Both the position numbers and the translations under genes were made by a program. From contig CM068775.1 of NCBI GenBank assembly GCA_035084275.1, positions 1,240,001 through 1,304,000 of the forward strand: 64,000 nt of DNA. The letters are read 5' to 3'. Source of the stretch: Hydrolagus colliei. Its lineage: Eukaryota. A model generated the notes under the pieces. The model was not told where the DNA came from and ran no database searches. It was given only the letters and a program-made list of their open reading frames with translations. Positions 1 through 12,514 of this stretch are shown here, piece by piece; the first letter of the stretch is position 1; each line of letters begins with the position of its first letter.

Positions 1-699
1 ATGACCCCGTCACCTCGCACTGGACAACACCCGACACATAAAAAACACATACGGTTGCCAATGTACATGATTGACTGCGTTGCACTTGTCCACTCATCTC
101 CCCCTGAGATGGTCGAGTGAAACTAAAAGCGAAGACCGGCTTTGTGGGTGGGAGAGTTGGAGCGAAAAGTATATGTTATCCCAGAAGAAGTGGCTGCATG
201 GAATGCCATTCTTGTCAATATCTGTAAGAACTAAATGACAAATCTCCCATTTCTTTAAACATTTTCAGTTGTTAGCATCACATGATCATTAACTGCCAAA
301 ACACTTTAAATTTATGAAAGGGTTATTTACCAAAGGGTCCCCAAAGGGCAATGTCCTTTTATTTACACAAACCAGTCAGTGAATTTAAACTCCCTACAGT
401 CAATCGCTGCAGTAAATTCTAACTTCCATTCATTAGATTTGGCTTGTGCCGCCTCCACCTGATCTTTCCCTTTCTTTACTTGTTCCTACAATCCTTCTCT
501 AGGTCGTTAGTACACTGTCCTACTTCTTGCATATCTTACTCACCCACTGTCTAAAAGCTTGCCTTTGTCTTTCTTCTCTGCTGTTCTTTGGACTCATTTC
601 ACACCATATAAGTCTAAACCAAATGCTATCCTAATCTCTGGCTCATGTGACCTGTCGGAAATATTCAGTGTATTCCTGTCGCTGTCTCTGTCTGGGCTC

Positions 700-1560
700 A
701 ACCTTGTGATAACCCCACAAGACCCATAGGAACACGTATTTCCCGTCTACACAACCCTTTCCGAGATCCTTCATTAACGTTTCTTATACTTATTATTTAT
801 CACAAACAATACAACCTATAAAGGCTTCAACAATTAGATGCATGTTCTTCCTAATTTATGTGAGAGCTGATTATCCTACTCAGACAACTTACCAACAATT
901 AAATCACTATTTTGTTGGGTCGCTTCATGATCACCAATTTGTTGGAATTTCCGATTCCGAGAGTTCAAAATAATGACCCAACAATCCTTAATAAAGTTGT
1001 AGTGATTTAATGATTATAACCAATAAACATGATAGAATAAAAGAATCATACTACCAGTTCTATGTAGAATACAATGCTGGATTCAGGCTGTTACACCATA
1101 GTCAGGTTCAAGGCTTCTCGCATTATCTTTATACTTCTCCATCATAACTAACTCAGCCAGTACTTCCATATCCCAACAGACCCCCATTTAGATCCCTTCG
1201 TGGTCACCAATTTGTTGGGATTTCAGATCCCGAGAGTAAGGACCCAACAAGCCTTAGTAAAGGTGTAAATGATTTTTATTACAACAAAAGAATATTAGAT
1301 TCATTAAGGAAGGTACAATGAATAATACTGGATTATAGCTAATACATATATATAGGGTAGTATTATTAAAGGTGAGATATATATAAAGTACAAATCAACA
1401 CACAGTAAGGCTAAAATCTAAGGAATTGCATTTTATACTAGTCCCGTTGAGTTCTGCAGATGGTTGATTTGTCCAGGTCTTTTCAGCACTATGGTCAACC
1501 ACCAGCTTGTACAGACCAGTAGTGCCCTCTCTCCTTCTCTGGCCTTCTCTTGGATCTAAG
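700..1560 (-). mobile_element. Degenerate ERV/LTR-element fragments, same family as 13035-14446
   Basis: About 930-1140 (and a partial repeat at about 1200-1290) aligns with 13610-13800; TAC(T/C)TCCATATCCCAACAG is shared with about 14428-14446. Boundaries approximate. Confidence 0.45.
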
Positions 1561-3856
1561 CCGCGTGGAGGAGGCATCTTATCGAGTTTCTTCATCTGCA
1601 GTAGGGACACAAGTGGTTTGTGATATGTCTCGAGGATGAAGTGTAGTCCTAGTACATAGTCAGAGAACTTCTTGCAGGCCCAGGTTGCAGCTAGTGCTTC
1701 TTTTTCGATTACTGCATATCGCTTCTCCATGTCACTGAGAGAACGTGTTGCATAGTAGATAGCGTTTTACATCATCTTGTTTCTGAAGGAGAACGGAACC
1801 AATGCAGGATGCTGAAGCATCAGTGGCAATGAAGGTTGGATATTTTGGGTCGTAGTGAGTGAGAATTCCAGCTGAGAGTAGCAAATCCTTCACGTTTTGA
1901 AATCTTTCACTTTATTGTGTGTTACCCCAATACCAAGCTGTCTCTTTCTGTAGCAGCTGGCATAATGGCTCATTGATCTCTGCCAACCCAGGGTCGAACA
2001 TCCAAAGTTGGTTGACCATTTCCATGAATCTCTGGAGCTCAGAGATGTTGGATGGCACTGGATACTCTGCAATGACTGTAGTCTTGCATTGGATAGCATG
2101 TAGACCTGCACCATCTATCATATGATCTAACCACTTGATGGAGCCTTTGCAGAATTCACATTTGTCATTGAGTGTGAGGCCAGCTTCGAGTAGTCACTGC
2201 AAGATTGCTCTCACATGACGGTTGAGTTCAACTTGTGTGGCACTGTGAATGAGATCCATATGGCAAATGACACCATTGACACCAACGAGGATACCAGACA
2301 TTGTTCATTGGAAAAGTTCTGGTGCAGAACTAATGCCGAATGGTAGCCAGTTGAAACAGTAATGACCTGAAGGTGTGATGAATGTGGTCAGAAGTTTTCA
2401 ATCCTCATCAAGTGGTATCTGCCAAAGTCCACTCTTTGTGACTAGTTTGGAGAAGATTCTACTTTTCCCAAGCTTAGTCAAGCTCTCATCGACTGAGGAC
2501 ATAGGGTGAATCTCACATTGTACACTCTTGTTGAGTGAGGTCAATGCAGATGTGATAGTAACCGTTTGATTTAGGCTTGGATAGCATACATGAGTACCAT
2601 GTTGTTGGTGTAGTGACTGGGGAAATGACACCCTGTTGAAGCATGGACTGAATCTCCTTTTCCACTTGTGGTGGTAGAGGGTGAGGCACTTTTCTCAGTG
2701 TGTACAAGCATACTGGCTTGGCGTCAGGGCACATTGGTATGTTGTACGGTGTCTGAAGTTTTCCCAGGCCAGTGAATAATCCAGGATATTCTGCTTTGAA
2801 GTTGGGAGTTCGACTCTGCTTCACCTCGTTTACTCTTGCGATGAGGCCAAGATCGACGCATGCTCATTTACTGAGCAGCGAACACTCTGTCTCTTTCTTA
2901 CTGTGGCAAACTGTCTTGAAATGACCTTTCTTTTGGCAATCGTCACATATGGCATCTTTTGCAGGATATTGTTGACGTGAATGGCATTGTCTGCCACACT
3001 ATTGACAATTATCGGCCTTGGAAGCTCGTGTTTGCTGCATTAGTTTGCTCGACTTTAAGCTGTTGTCGTTGGTGTCGTTTTGCGTTTAGTGACAAGATCG
3101 ATGTCACCACAGGCAACGTCACGGCTGTCATATCTTGCCTCTGACTGACGGCATATATGGACCGCTTTGTCAAGTGTCAGGTCCGCTTTGGCCTGCAGAG
3201 AGCCTGACAATTTTTCATCCAGCACTCCAACAACAAATTTGTCTCTGATCAATCTGTCCTTGAGCTTGCCGTATTGACAGTCTAAACAAATCTTATATGA
3301 AATCATCAATGGATTCCCCTGGCACTTGTTTTCGCCTGTTAAAATGAACCCTCTCCATGATCACATTACCTCTGCCTTCATAGTGTTCAGTTAGTGCTGC
3401 TATAACTTCATCAAATGTTGCAATTTTCCCAACTATTCTGAGAGTGATTATAATATTGTCAGCGTATTCGCCTATGGAAAATAGGAGTGCGCTCACCTGT
3501 TTTCTGTCAGCTTTTTCATTGAGACTTGAGGCGATGCGGTAACGTTCAAAATGATTGATCCATTTAAGCTACAATTCACTTTGGTTTGGTCCATTTCCAC
3601 CCTCAAGCTTGCCTGACAAATTAATCTGGGTCGACAGATGTGTGTCCATGTTGTGGGTTTAACTTTCGGACCGCTGCTATCATGTTATATTCGAGATATA
3701 AAAAAGAGACCATGTAGGGATGGATTTTCATGTAAGACGACTTTTATTAAGATGGCTACATTCCATGTAATTCCATGTGCTACAACAGTGGCCAGGAGAG
3801 GGTACTATAACCGTTACATCTGCATATAAGGGCATAGTGATTAGCATAATCCTTCA
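1560..3856 (-). mobile_element. Ty3/gypsy LTR retrotransposon, 5' part (LTR, PBS, gag, RT, RNaseH), frameshifted and 3'-truncated
   Basis: ORF pieces: gag (ERVHFNRRKQVPGESIDDFI; LKDRLIRDKFVVGV), RT (KSGLWQIPLDED), RNaseH (RYAVIEKEALAATWACKKFSDYVLG). LTR 3683-3856 (TG...CA on minus) matches 35394-35568. Followed by TGATAGCAGCGGT, resembling a tRNA-Leu PBS. Confidence 0.9.
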
Positions 3857-6269
3857 ATCTGTGTCCAGCAGTGAAGCCAGATTGCCATATGCTGGAGGCC
3901 GGTGTGGGAGTCACAGTTGAAGCTGGGGTTCAGGCACATGTCCCAGTGATGATGTGGACCCACGTCTCTCAATGACTGTCTCCTCAACTCTATGTGGGTC
4001 ACTGATGTTGCAGATGTTGCCACGTGTCATCCACAAACTAAACAGTCACTGCCCTTTACAATATCTCCGGTGAAGCGCTTTGTGACGTCTGGACATTATG
4101 ATCAGCCACCGTATCACATAACAAGCATTATTATTGTCAACTGATTGGAGGGTTTGGAAAGTAGGAACACCATACTTGTTACTTGTTCCTCCTGAGAAAT
4201 AATTGGATTGTCTTTCAGCCTGGCTCCCAGTCACATGGCCCTCCTCACCCAGCAGAATATAACAACAACAAATATCATCTGTAGAGCGCCTTTCACTTCG
4301 GGGAAATATCCCAACGCATGGTAGACAGCGACATTACATTGGGGATACTTTACAGTATCTCTGGTGACACGGTTTGAGATTCTGAATGAGATGACAAGGC
4401 ACTGTATCAAATGGAATGAATATTAGTATAATAATAATCCAGACTCCTGCCAGCGAGGTGACAGGTGACAGGGAATGGACGGGTGGCATGTGATTCTGCG
4501 CTGGACGTGACTGGGATGTTACTGGCCAACACCATCCACGCAGCCCTGTAAAGTGCCCGCTCCCTCGGCCCATCAATTACATAGCATCTCGCTGGCCTGC
4601 GCTCACTGATTCTCCGGGTCAACAATCTCCACCACCTCCATTGGTACCAGCCCATCCTGATGATCCCCGAGTGAAACGAACAATGACAAATTGCTTATAA
4701 ACAGAGCTGTTCAGGTGGAATCAGGTCTTAAAGAACGTAACACAGATCTAGGAGTGGCCGGGAGAAGGGCATGGTTTGAGGATGGCAACCAAAGGAAAAG
4801 CCAAAGTGATTAGATTCTGAGAGAAATTTAAAAGCAGAAAGAGAAGGTCTGACGTAAAGGGATTTGGGGAGAATTTTCGAAGACCGGGGACATAGCAAAA
4901 TATTAGCAGCTTCACTGCTTATCCCTCTGCATTGTATTGCAGTTGATCTAGAAAGGAGACAGAAAGGAGAGGATTAGCTGCCAACAAGGCCATGTCTCTC
5001 TGCAGAAATTGCAGGATTGGACAGGAGAATGTCAACTCTCCAAACCCGGCCACACTGTAACTCTGAGTATCTGGGTCTGACACTCACCAGGTTGGCTTGA
5101 GGCTCCTCTTGAGCCTCTTGTGGCAACACGACCACCGGGTTGAGAGGGGAAGATAGACCTTTCTCCTGAAATATAAACCAGTTTTTAGTGCTTGCAGACT
5201 AGGTGTCTTGATTCTAACTATCCTTAACTATCCAAAGACTTGGGATGTCCTCTCTACTGCAGGGAGAGTGAGAGAGTCACATTTGCTGTGTAGTTTCTGA
5301 GTTTGGGCTGGGAATTAACTGAAGAATGTCTTGAACAGGAACTCTCAGATCAGGGACATCTCCCAGGGCCGTACGCAGGATTTTTTTTGGGGGGGTGCGA
5401 ATTGCTAGTGATGGGACCAACAATGGCCGGCGGCTTGGGGGCTGCCCCCGAAGCCCCCTCGAGGTCTCCGACGTTTTACACAGTTTGAGGTCTTATTTAA
5501 TCAATTCAGAAGATCCGATATGAACGGTAAATGTTTCATGCCCTCGGTGTTTAAGAGCATCATTATTTATTCAGTGTTTATATTTTCCCCGGTAGTCCGT
5601 GTCTAATTGGGAAGGTCGAATGTGTTCGCCGATAAAAGCCAACACGATTGTTGACTCGATGATGTAAGGAATGCGAACGATAAAGTAAATTACAATCCAA
5701 TTAACACAGTACAATGACGAATGCTTGATAAATGTATGCGTATAGAGAAAATGATCATAAACTACAGATTGACGGTAATTAATAAGTTGTTCTGCATTGT
5801 TATCCTAAGACTAAATTTCTTTCGGACTGTAATGAACAATAATGTAAGAGTAAAGTATGAATGATGTGCTCAGATATTCCAGCAAAGCAAATTTTATAAA
5901 AGACAAGAAAATATACAGAAACTGAAAATCAGTGTCAAACAGTTAATTCACACGTGTTACAAGCCTGTTATCAGCATTATCCTGAAAATATCGTTGAACT
6001 GTGAGCAATAGTGTAGTTAGTTTTTATTTATTTATTTAGAATCAAAATGAAAGGCATCGAGCAATACTGATCTGACGAAAAAATACTTGAAAAAATAAGG
6101 GAGGGGAAATTAATTATTTAATAGCGTTCCGTATTCGAGACGCCTCGGTCGCTTTGAAGCCAATACGTCAACCGCTCTACCAATATCGATTTCCATATTA
6201 TAATGAATGTACATTAACGCGAGGGCTGAAAGTCGCTCCTATACGGAGCAGAATGCTGGACACTTAGGC

Positions 6270-6540
6270 AAACCCAGGAGATTAGGTGACTCGTGAGGTA
6301 TATACCAGGCTTCTAAGAGACGCCCTGAACGTTTACTGGCGACAGCATCTGACAAATAGTGAGCTATATGGTACACTACCACACTGGTACCACAGACATT
6401 ACCGCAGAGGCGTCTTAGGTTTAGCGGACATAGCTGGAGAAGCCGGGAGGAAACTGTCCATAGTGCTACTATCCTATGGGAACCATTGCAGGGTCACAGA
6501 ACACGAGGTAGACCGACCCTAACCTACCTCGCTACATGAA
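6270..6540 (+). mobile_element. RTE-clade LINE 3' fragment nested in the DNA transposon
   Basis: ORF 6286-6522 YTRLLRDALNVYWRQHLTNSELYG resembles the RTE-type RT C-terminus. Mirror copy at about 53005-53275. Confidence 0.55.
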
Positions 6541-6889
6541 ATGCACGGATTATATTATTATTCAAAGAGAGAAAGAGTGACTTTCAGAGGAGTCACGTTA
6601 CAGAGATTTGTGTAGGAAGAGCTGTTGCTTTGCAGACTCGACTGCACCTGTCCTTTATATCCCGCTGGTGTGAGGCAGCAGTTCTGGGGACCTCAACTCT
6701 AACAGGTGCAGGTTAACAATCCTTTAAGTTATAGCCAATTACGTGACACTGCCCACAAACCCTGAAAATAAATCTCAGTTGTCAATCAGTCAGATATGCA
6801 ACCTCGACCTTGGGAATGTCTTCAGATTCAGAGGCACTGAGTAGGAGGGAAAGAAAGTTTCCCACAGGTGATAGAAGACAGCAGCATCA

Positions 6890-7320
6890 CCTGGCGAGTC
6901 GCCTGGCACAGTGAATAGCACTCTGGCCTCTGAGTCAGAAAGTTGTGGGTTCAAACCCCACGTCGGCACTCGGTATCACACAGAGGAAGCTGACACTTCA
7001 ATGTGGTGCTGTGGGGGGGGGGGGGGGGGGGGGGGGTTAGAGGCTGTTCTTTTGGTTGAGATGCTGAACCGAGGTCTGATCCGTCTGTTTAGATGGATGT
7101 GAAAAGATCCTCTGACACTACTCGAAAAGCGGAGGGAAGTCTCTCTCCTGTTGTCCTGGCCAACAAACGCCCCCAAATAAAATCGGTGACTCACTCCATC
7201 GGTGTTTGTGGGACAATCCTGGGCAAAAACTGGCCACTTTACAGTACGTTCTGTGAAGCCTCTGAGCTGTCTGACAATGTACTAAGGCACTATTATCAAT
7301 TGCTAACATTATCAGATTAA
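6890..7320 (+). mobile_element. tRNA-derived Deu-domain SINE nested in the DNA transposon
   Basis: tRNA-like head with B-box (GGGTTCAAACCCC) followed by Deu-like core GCTGACACTTCA...AACCGAGGTCTG...GATGTGAAAAGATCC...GTCCTGGCCAA. Mirror copy at about 52225-52660. Confidence 0.7.
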
Positions 7321-8030
7321 AATACGATTTCAGCTTCCACAAAGTGGTGCTACCTTTTTATGTAGTGACTGTATACGGGATGATTTCCGATTGACACACC
7401 ACGTGGAATAGGCGCTAAAGCATTAGGTCTACGTCCATGAGTATTTCTTTTAAAGATAGGCATTCCCGTCCAGACACATATAACTTTTTTGTTGGGTTCT
7501 CAAAAGCTTTAATTTCTCAGAATCTTGTAAATATGTTGTCATTGTTTGCCGGCATTACAGTCACACCTCTCAAAACTTGAGTCATTTTTACTTACGGTGA
7601 TCAGATGAAAAGATGATTTTAACTCCAGAATTGGTGCTGCCCCTTGTGGCTGTTTACGGGATGATTTCCAAACGAGGATTTGAGTCTTGGCGCCTATTGT
7701 TTATCCAATCACGAGTCACAGACTCGCCGCGTCATGGACTGGTGTATCGACGCGGTATGTTTTGGGGTAGACGCCGATTCTGGTGTGCGACTCGATAATT
7801 TTATATTAATACTAAATCATTCAAAGATGTGTATTTATAATTTATACATAGTTTTGAAGAACTGATTGTTGCACAAATGCTCAATAAATTTACTTGGTAT
7901 TTAAATTTGATAAAAAAATGCAATTCTCTACCCCGGAAAATGTGGACCTTTTATAATTTGGGGGGGTGCGTACGCACCCGTCGCACCCCCTCTGCGTACG
8001 GCCTTGCAGTATAGAGCAGACACTGAGGTC

Positions 8031-8097
8031 AGTATGTGTATGGGACTGTGTCACTGTGTATACGGGGCTCACAGCATTAACTGTCAATACAAAAACC
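8031..8097 (+). other. IGHD: IgH D segment (TATACGGGGCT, 8059-8069) with 12-bp-spacer RSS on both sides, cluster 1
   Basis: 5': AGTATGTGT (8031-8039) + 12 nt + CACTGTG (8052-8058). 3': CACAGCA (8070-8076) + 12 nt + perfect ACAAAAACC (8089-8097). All three frames are open. Confidence 0.92.
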
Positions 8098-8436
8098 CTT
8101 GAACACCAAACCAGATAATCTCTCCCACTGCTGGCGTGTGTGGGTTCCAATTAACGTGAGGAGATTTGATATGTTTATAATGGGGCCTAACACTGAGTAA
8201 TTTACCTGATTTTAATCGACATAAAAACATAAAATATAATCTTGAATCTGTGGGTGACAAGTGAAGGTGTTTGACAGGAACATTGCAAACTGGCAAAGAT
8301 ACAAACATTTAACAGCTAAACACAGAGCTGTGCAATTGTTTTCAGAACATTACAGAACTATACGGTTCCCGGTATTTAGTTTGGGGAAATCACCATTTAC
8401 AATAATAAGGTGTTTGTGTGGCCGGCCCTCACAGCA

Positions 8437-8523
8437 GGTTATTGCAGTGATCAGCACACTGACTGTAGCACTGTGACTACCTTGACTGCTGGGGACAAGG
8501 CACCATGGTGACAGTGACTAACG
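8437..8523 (+). other. IGHJ: IgH J segment (8476-8523, YLDCWGQGTMVTVTN) with 23-RSS, cluster 1
   Basis: GGTTATTGC (8437-8445) + 23 nt + CACTGTG (8469-8475); WGxG motif; phase-1 donor G|GTAAGA at 8524. Confidence 0.95.
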
Positions 8524-8902
8524 GTAAGAAACAAACACTCACTCACAATGCTGAGTTTGGATTTATATGTTTATTTTATTCTCTTTAACAGCTATTTAAT
8601 TTAATGACCTGTGAGTTGCCAGGGCTATCTCAGAGTTTATTGGAAGTTAAATTCATTTCACTGCTGTTGCTTTCAACAGCCACTGTTGATTTAAGGATTA
8701 TTCTGTCCATGTTTAGTTCATTGCTGGTGATATTTGTGGTGGTTAGTGACTGTACAGCTGAAGTTACACTGATGGACTTTCTGCAATGTCTGATCACGGT
8801 GACTGGCGGCTGCTGATTTTGGGTATAATCAGGAATTGTATAAAAGTGTTTGAAACTTTGCCCACATGTTGGGAATCAGGGCCTGAATGTTGTGGGATGA
8901 GC

Positions 8903-9660
8903 GACTTTAGCTGTGACCTGAAACTGGGAAGAGAGGGGATGAGGCAAAGGGAGTGAGGAAGGGAGTTCCAGAGCCTTGGGACATAGTGGCTGAAGGCACG
9001 GCTGCCGAGGGTGGAGTGGAGAATTCGGGGGGACATGGAGGAGGCCAGACCCAGTGGAGTGAAGGCAGCGGGTGCTGGTTTGGGGAGAGCGGAGATCAGA
9101 GAGATAAGAAGGTGAAGAGGAATGGAGAGATTTGAATACAAGGGTGAGGATCTTGAAGTCGATCCTCTCTGGGACAGGGAGCCAGTGAAGTCTGGCAAGG
9201 ACTGGGGTAACGGGCAGCGAAGCTTGTAGCGGGTGAGTATGCAGGCAGCAGAGTTTTGGATTATCTGGATTTTGTGGATTGTGGTCGAGGGGAGACCGAC
9301 GAGGAGGGTGTTGCAATAGTCCAGCTGAGAGGTGACAAAGGCGAGGAACAAGGTTTCAGCGGCTTTTGTGGTGAGGTATTGCCGGAGACGGGCGATCCGT
9401 CAGAGGTGATAGAAGGCAGTGCTGGTCATGGACCAGATGTGGGGGAGGAAGGTCAGTTGGGGGTCGAACCTGATGCCAAGGTTGCGCACAGGTTTGGAGA
9501 GATTTAGGGGCCAGGCCGGGAAGGTGGAGGAGCTGAGAGCCGTGTGAATGGAGACATGGACGATTGCCAAGGAGTATGGCCTCCATCTTGTCGACATTCA
9601 GCTGCAGGAATTTCACGCTCATCCAGCCCCTGATATCTGACAGACAGGCTGACAAAACAT
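8903..9660 (-). mobile_element. L2-clade LINE 3' RT fragment
   Basis: ORF fragments CLSDIRGWMSVKFLQLNVDKMEAILLG and LDYCNTLLVGLP...IQNSAACILT. Confidence 0.8.
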
Positions 9661-9927
9661 CAGGGGACTGGAGTCACAAAGTGAAGTGGTCATTAAATCA
9701 CTATACCTTGATTAAGAAATGTTGGGTCATTATTTTGAACTCTCGGGATTGAAAATTCCAACCATTACAGTACTAGTAGGCCAAGATAGTGCAGTATTGT
9801 GAAAGAGTTCAGGAAGTGTAATTTTTTTTCAATTTTTAATTAAAACAAATAATTTGCCCCCAAAATTTCATGTTGTGCAATCATGCAGCTCGATGATTAG
9901 AGCCGTCACCAAGTAAGCCAGTGACCT

Positions 9928-12514
9928 AGAATCATAGAATCATAGAATTTTACGGCACAAAAGGAGGCCATTCGGCCCATCTAGTCTGTGCCGGCTCTTT
10001 GAAAAGAGCGATTCAATCCCATTGCCCTGCCCGCTCCCCATAGCCTAATAGACCCGTTCTCCCTAAATAAAGATCTAATTCCCTTTTAAAAGTTGTTATC
10101 GAATCAGCCTCCACCACCTTTTCAGGCAATGCATTCCAGATTCGAACAACTCGCTGAGTGAAAAAATTTCTCCTCAGCTCCCCTCTACTGCGCCTTGAAA
10201 CTATTTTAAATCTGTGACCACGAGTCACAGATTCGCCCACGAGTGGAAATAGTTTTTCTCTATTTGCCCTGTCGAAACCCCTCATGATCTTATAAACCTC
10301 TATTAGGTCTCCCCTCAATCTTCTCTGCTCCAGAGAGAATAACCGTAGCCTATCTAGCCTCTCCTCATAGCTGAAGTCCCTCAATCCTGGCACCATCCTT
10401 GTAAATCTTCGTTGTACCCTTTCCAATGCCTTCACATCCTTTCTGTAGTGTGGTGACCAGAATTGAACACAGTATTCCAGCTGAGGCCTCACCAAAGTCC
10501 TATAGAGGTTAGTCAGCACTTCCTGACTTTTGTACTCTATACCCCTATTTATAAAGCCTAGTATCCCATATGCCTTCTTAACAGCCTTGTCTACCTGTCC
10601 TGCCACCTTCAACGAGTCACTAACACAAATCCCCAGGTCTCTCTGTTCCTTCACACCATTTAAAATTGTACTATCTAGCCTATATTGCCTCCCTTCATTT
10701 CTTCTCCCAAAATGCATCACCTCACACTTCTCTGCATTAAACTTCATCTGCCATGTGTCTGCCCACTTTACCAATTTGTCTATATCCTCTTGCAGATGGC
10801 TACTATCCTCCTCACTGTTTACTATTCTCCCTAACTTAGTGTCATCTGCAAACTTGGAAACTGTACTCCGTACACCCAAGTCCAGATCATTGATGTAGAT
10901 TACAAACAGCAATGGTCCCAAAACCGATCCCTGTGGCACACCACTGCTCACTTCCCTCCAATCTGAAAAACAGCCGCTCACTACAACTCTCTGCTTTCTG
11001 TCTCGCAGCCAGTTGTGGATCCACGCTGCCACTGTCCCTTTTACGCCATGGGCCTTTAATTTCATAATAAGTCTCTCATGTGGCACTTTGTCCAATGCCT
11101 TTTGAAAGTCCATGTAAACTACATCGACTGAGCTACCATTATCCACCCATTCCGTTACCTCATCAAAAAATTCTATCAGATTTGTAAGGCAAGATTTGCC
11201 TTTAACAAATCCATGTTGACTGTCCTTTATTAGCCTATATCTTTCTAAGTGAAGATCTACCTTGTCCCTGATTATGGACTCTAGAAGTTTGCCCACTACC
11301 GACGTTAGACTGACTGGTCATTAGTTACCAGGCTTGTCCTTCTGCCCCTTTTTATACAAGGCAGTAACATTAGCTATCCTCCAGTCCTCTGGCACGACCC
11401 CTGTGTCCAAGGAAGATTGAAAGATCGTGGCCAGAGTCCCTGCTATTTGCTCCCGTGCCTACTTAGTAACCTAGGGTGCATCCCATCCGGACCAGGTGAC
11501 TTATCCACCTTGAGCGACGTCAACCTTTTTAGCACTTCCTCTCTGGTTATAATTATTCTATCCATTTCTCCTACCCTCTCCTCTAATACCATGGCATTGG
11601 CTGTATCATTTTCTTTTGTGAAGACAGAGGCGAAGTACTCATTCAGTACATCAGCCATGCCCTCTGCCTCCACAATGAGATTTCCTCCTAGGTCCCTAAT
11701 TGGCCCCACCCTCTCCTTGACCAACCTTTTACTCTTAATATGTTGGTAAAAAACCTTAGGGTTCCCCTTAATCTTACTCGCTAATTGTTTTTCATGCAGT
11801 CTCTTTGCCCCTCTAACTTCCTTTTTTAGTTCTATCCTACACTTCCTATATTCTGCTTGGTTCCCTTCTGAATTTTGAGCCTGACACTTATCATAAGCCT
11901 CTTTTTTTTGTTTATTTTGGCCCCGATTTCCTTAGTCATCCAGGGAGGTTTGGATGCCTTACATTTCACCTTTGTGGGGATGCTTTTGACCTGTGCCTGA
12001 ACTATCTCCTCTTTGAACGCTGCCCACTGCTCGTTAGTTGTCTTACCTGCCAATTTTTCTTTCCAATCCACCTTGGCTAGGTCCCACCTCAACTCATTGA
12101 AATTAGCCCTTTTCCAGTTGAGTGTCCTCACCTGTGATCGTTCCTTATCCCTTTCCATAATTATTCTGAATCTAACGATATTGTGGTCACTATTCCCTAG
12201 ATGCTCGCCTACAGAAACCTGTTGAACTTGCCCTACCTCATTTCCCAAAACTAGATCCAGCAATGCTTCTTTCCTCGTTGGACTGGAAACATACTGATCA
12301 AGAAAGTTGTCCTGCACACACTTCAGGAATTCTTCTCCCTCCTTGCCCTTTACTCTACTATTCTGCCAGTCTATGTTGGGATAGTTGAAGTCACCCATTA
12401 TCACTACTCTATTAGCTCTGCATTTCTCCGTGATACGCTTGCAGATCTGCTTGTCTATCTCCTCCCCACTATTTGGTGGTCTATAGTATACCCCTAACAG
12501 TGTAACTGCACCTT
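9928..12514 (-). mobile_element. CR1-clade LINE, 5'-truncated, ORF2 (partial endonuclease + RT) disrupted
   Basis: ORFs 11832-12566 (YYRPPNS, MGDFNYPNIDW, LLDLVL), 11443-11724 and 10013-11296 ([39 protein letters not shown]); (ATTCTATG)n tail at 9928. Inserted into a SINE that is uninterrupted at about 48760-48860. Confidence 0.95.

Larger units (their letters stand above)
5364..8006 (+). mobile_element. Non-autonomous DNA transposon (hAT-like), copy 1, about 2.64 kb
   Basis: TIRs CAGGGCCGTACGCAG (5364) and CTGCGTACGGCCTTG (7992-8006). Near-identical inverted copy at 51531-54180. No transposase ORF and no TSD at this copy. Confidence 0.85.

Noticed and set aside
6286-7865. Identical short ORFs at 6.3-7.9 kb and 51.7-53.3 kb suggesting conserved genes
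   Set aside because: The identity reflects two recent copies of one transposon; the ORFs are cargo or noise.
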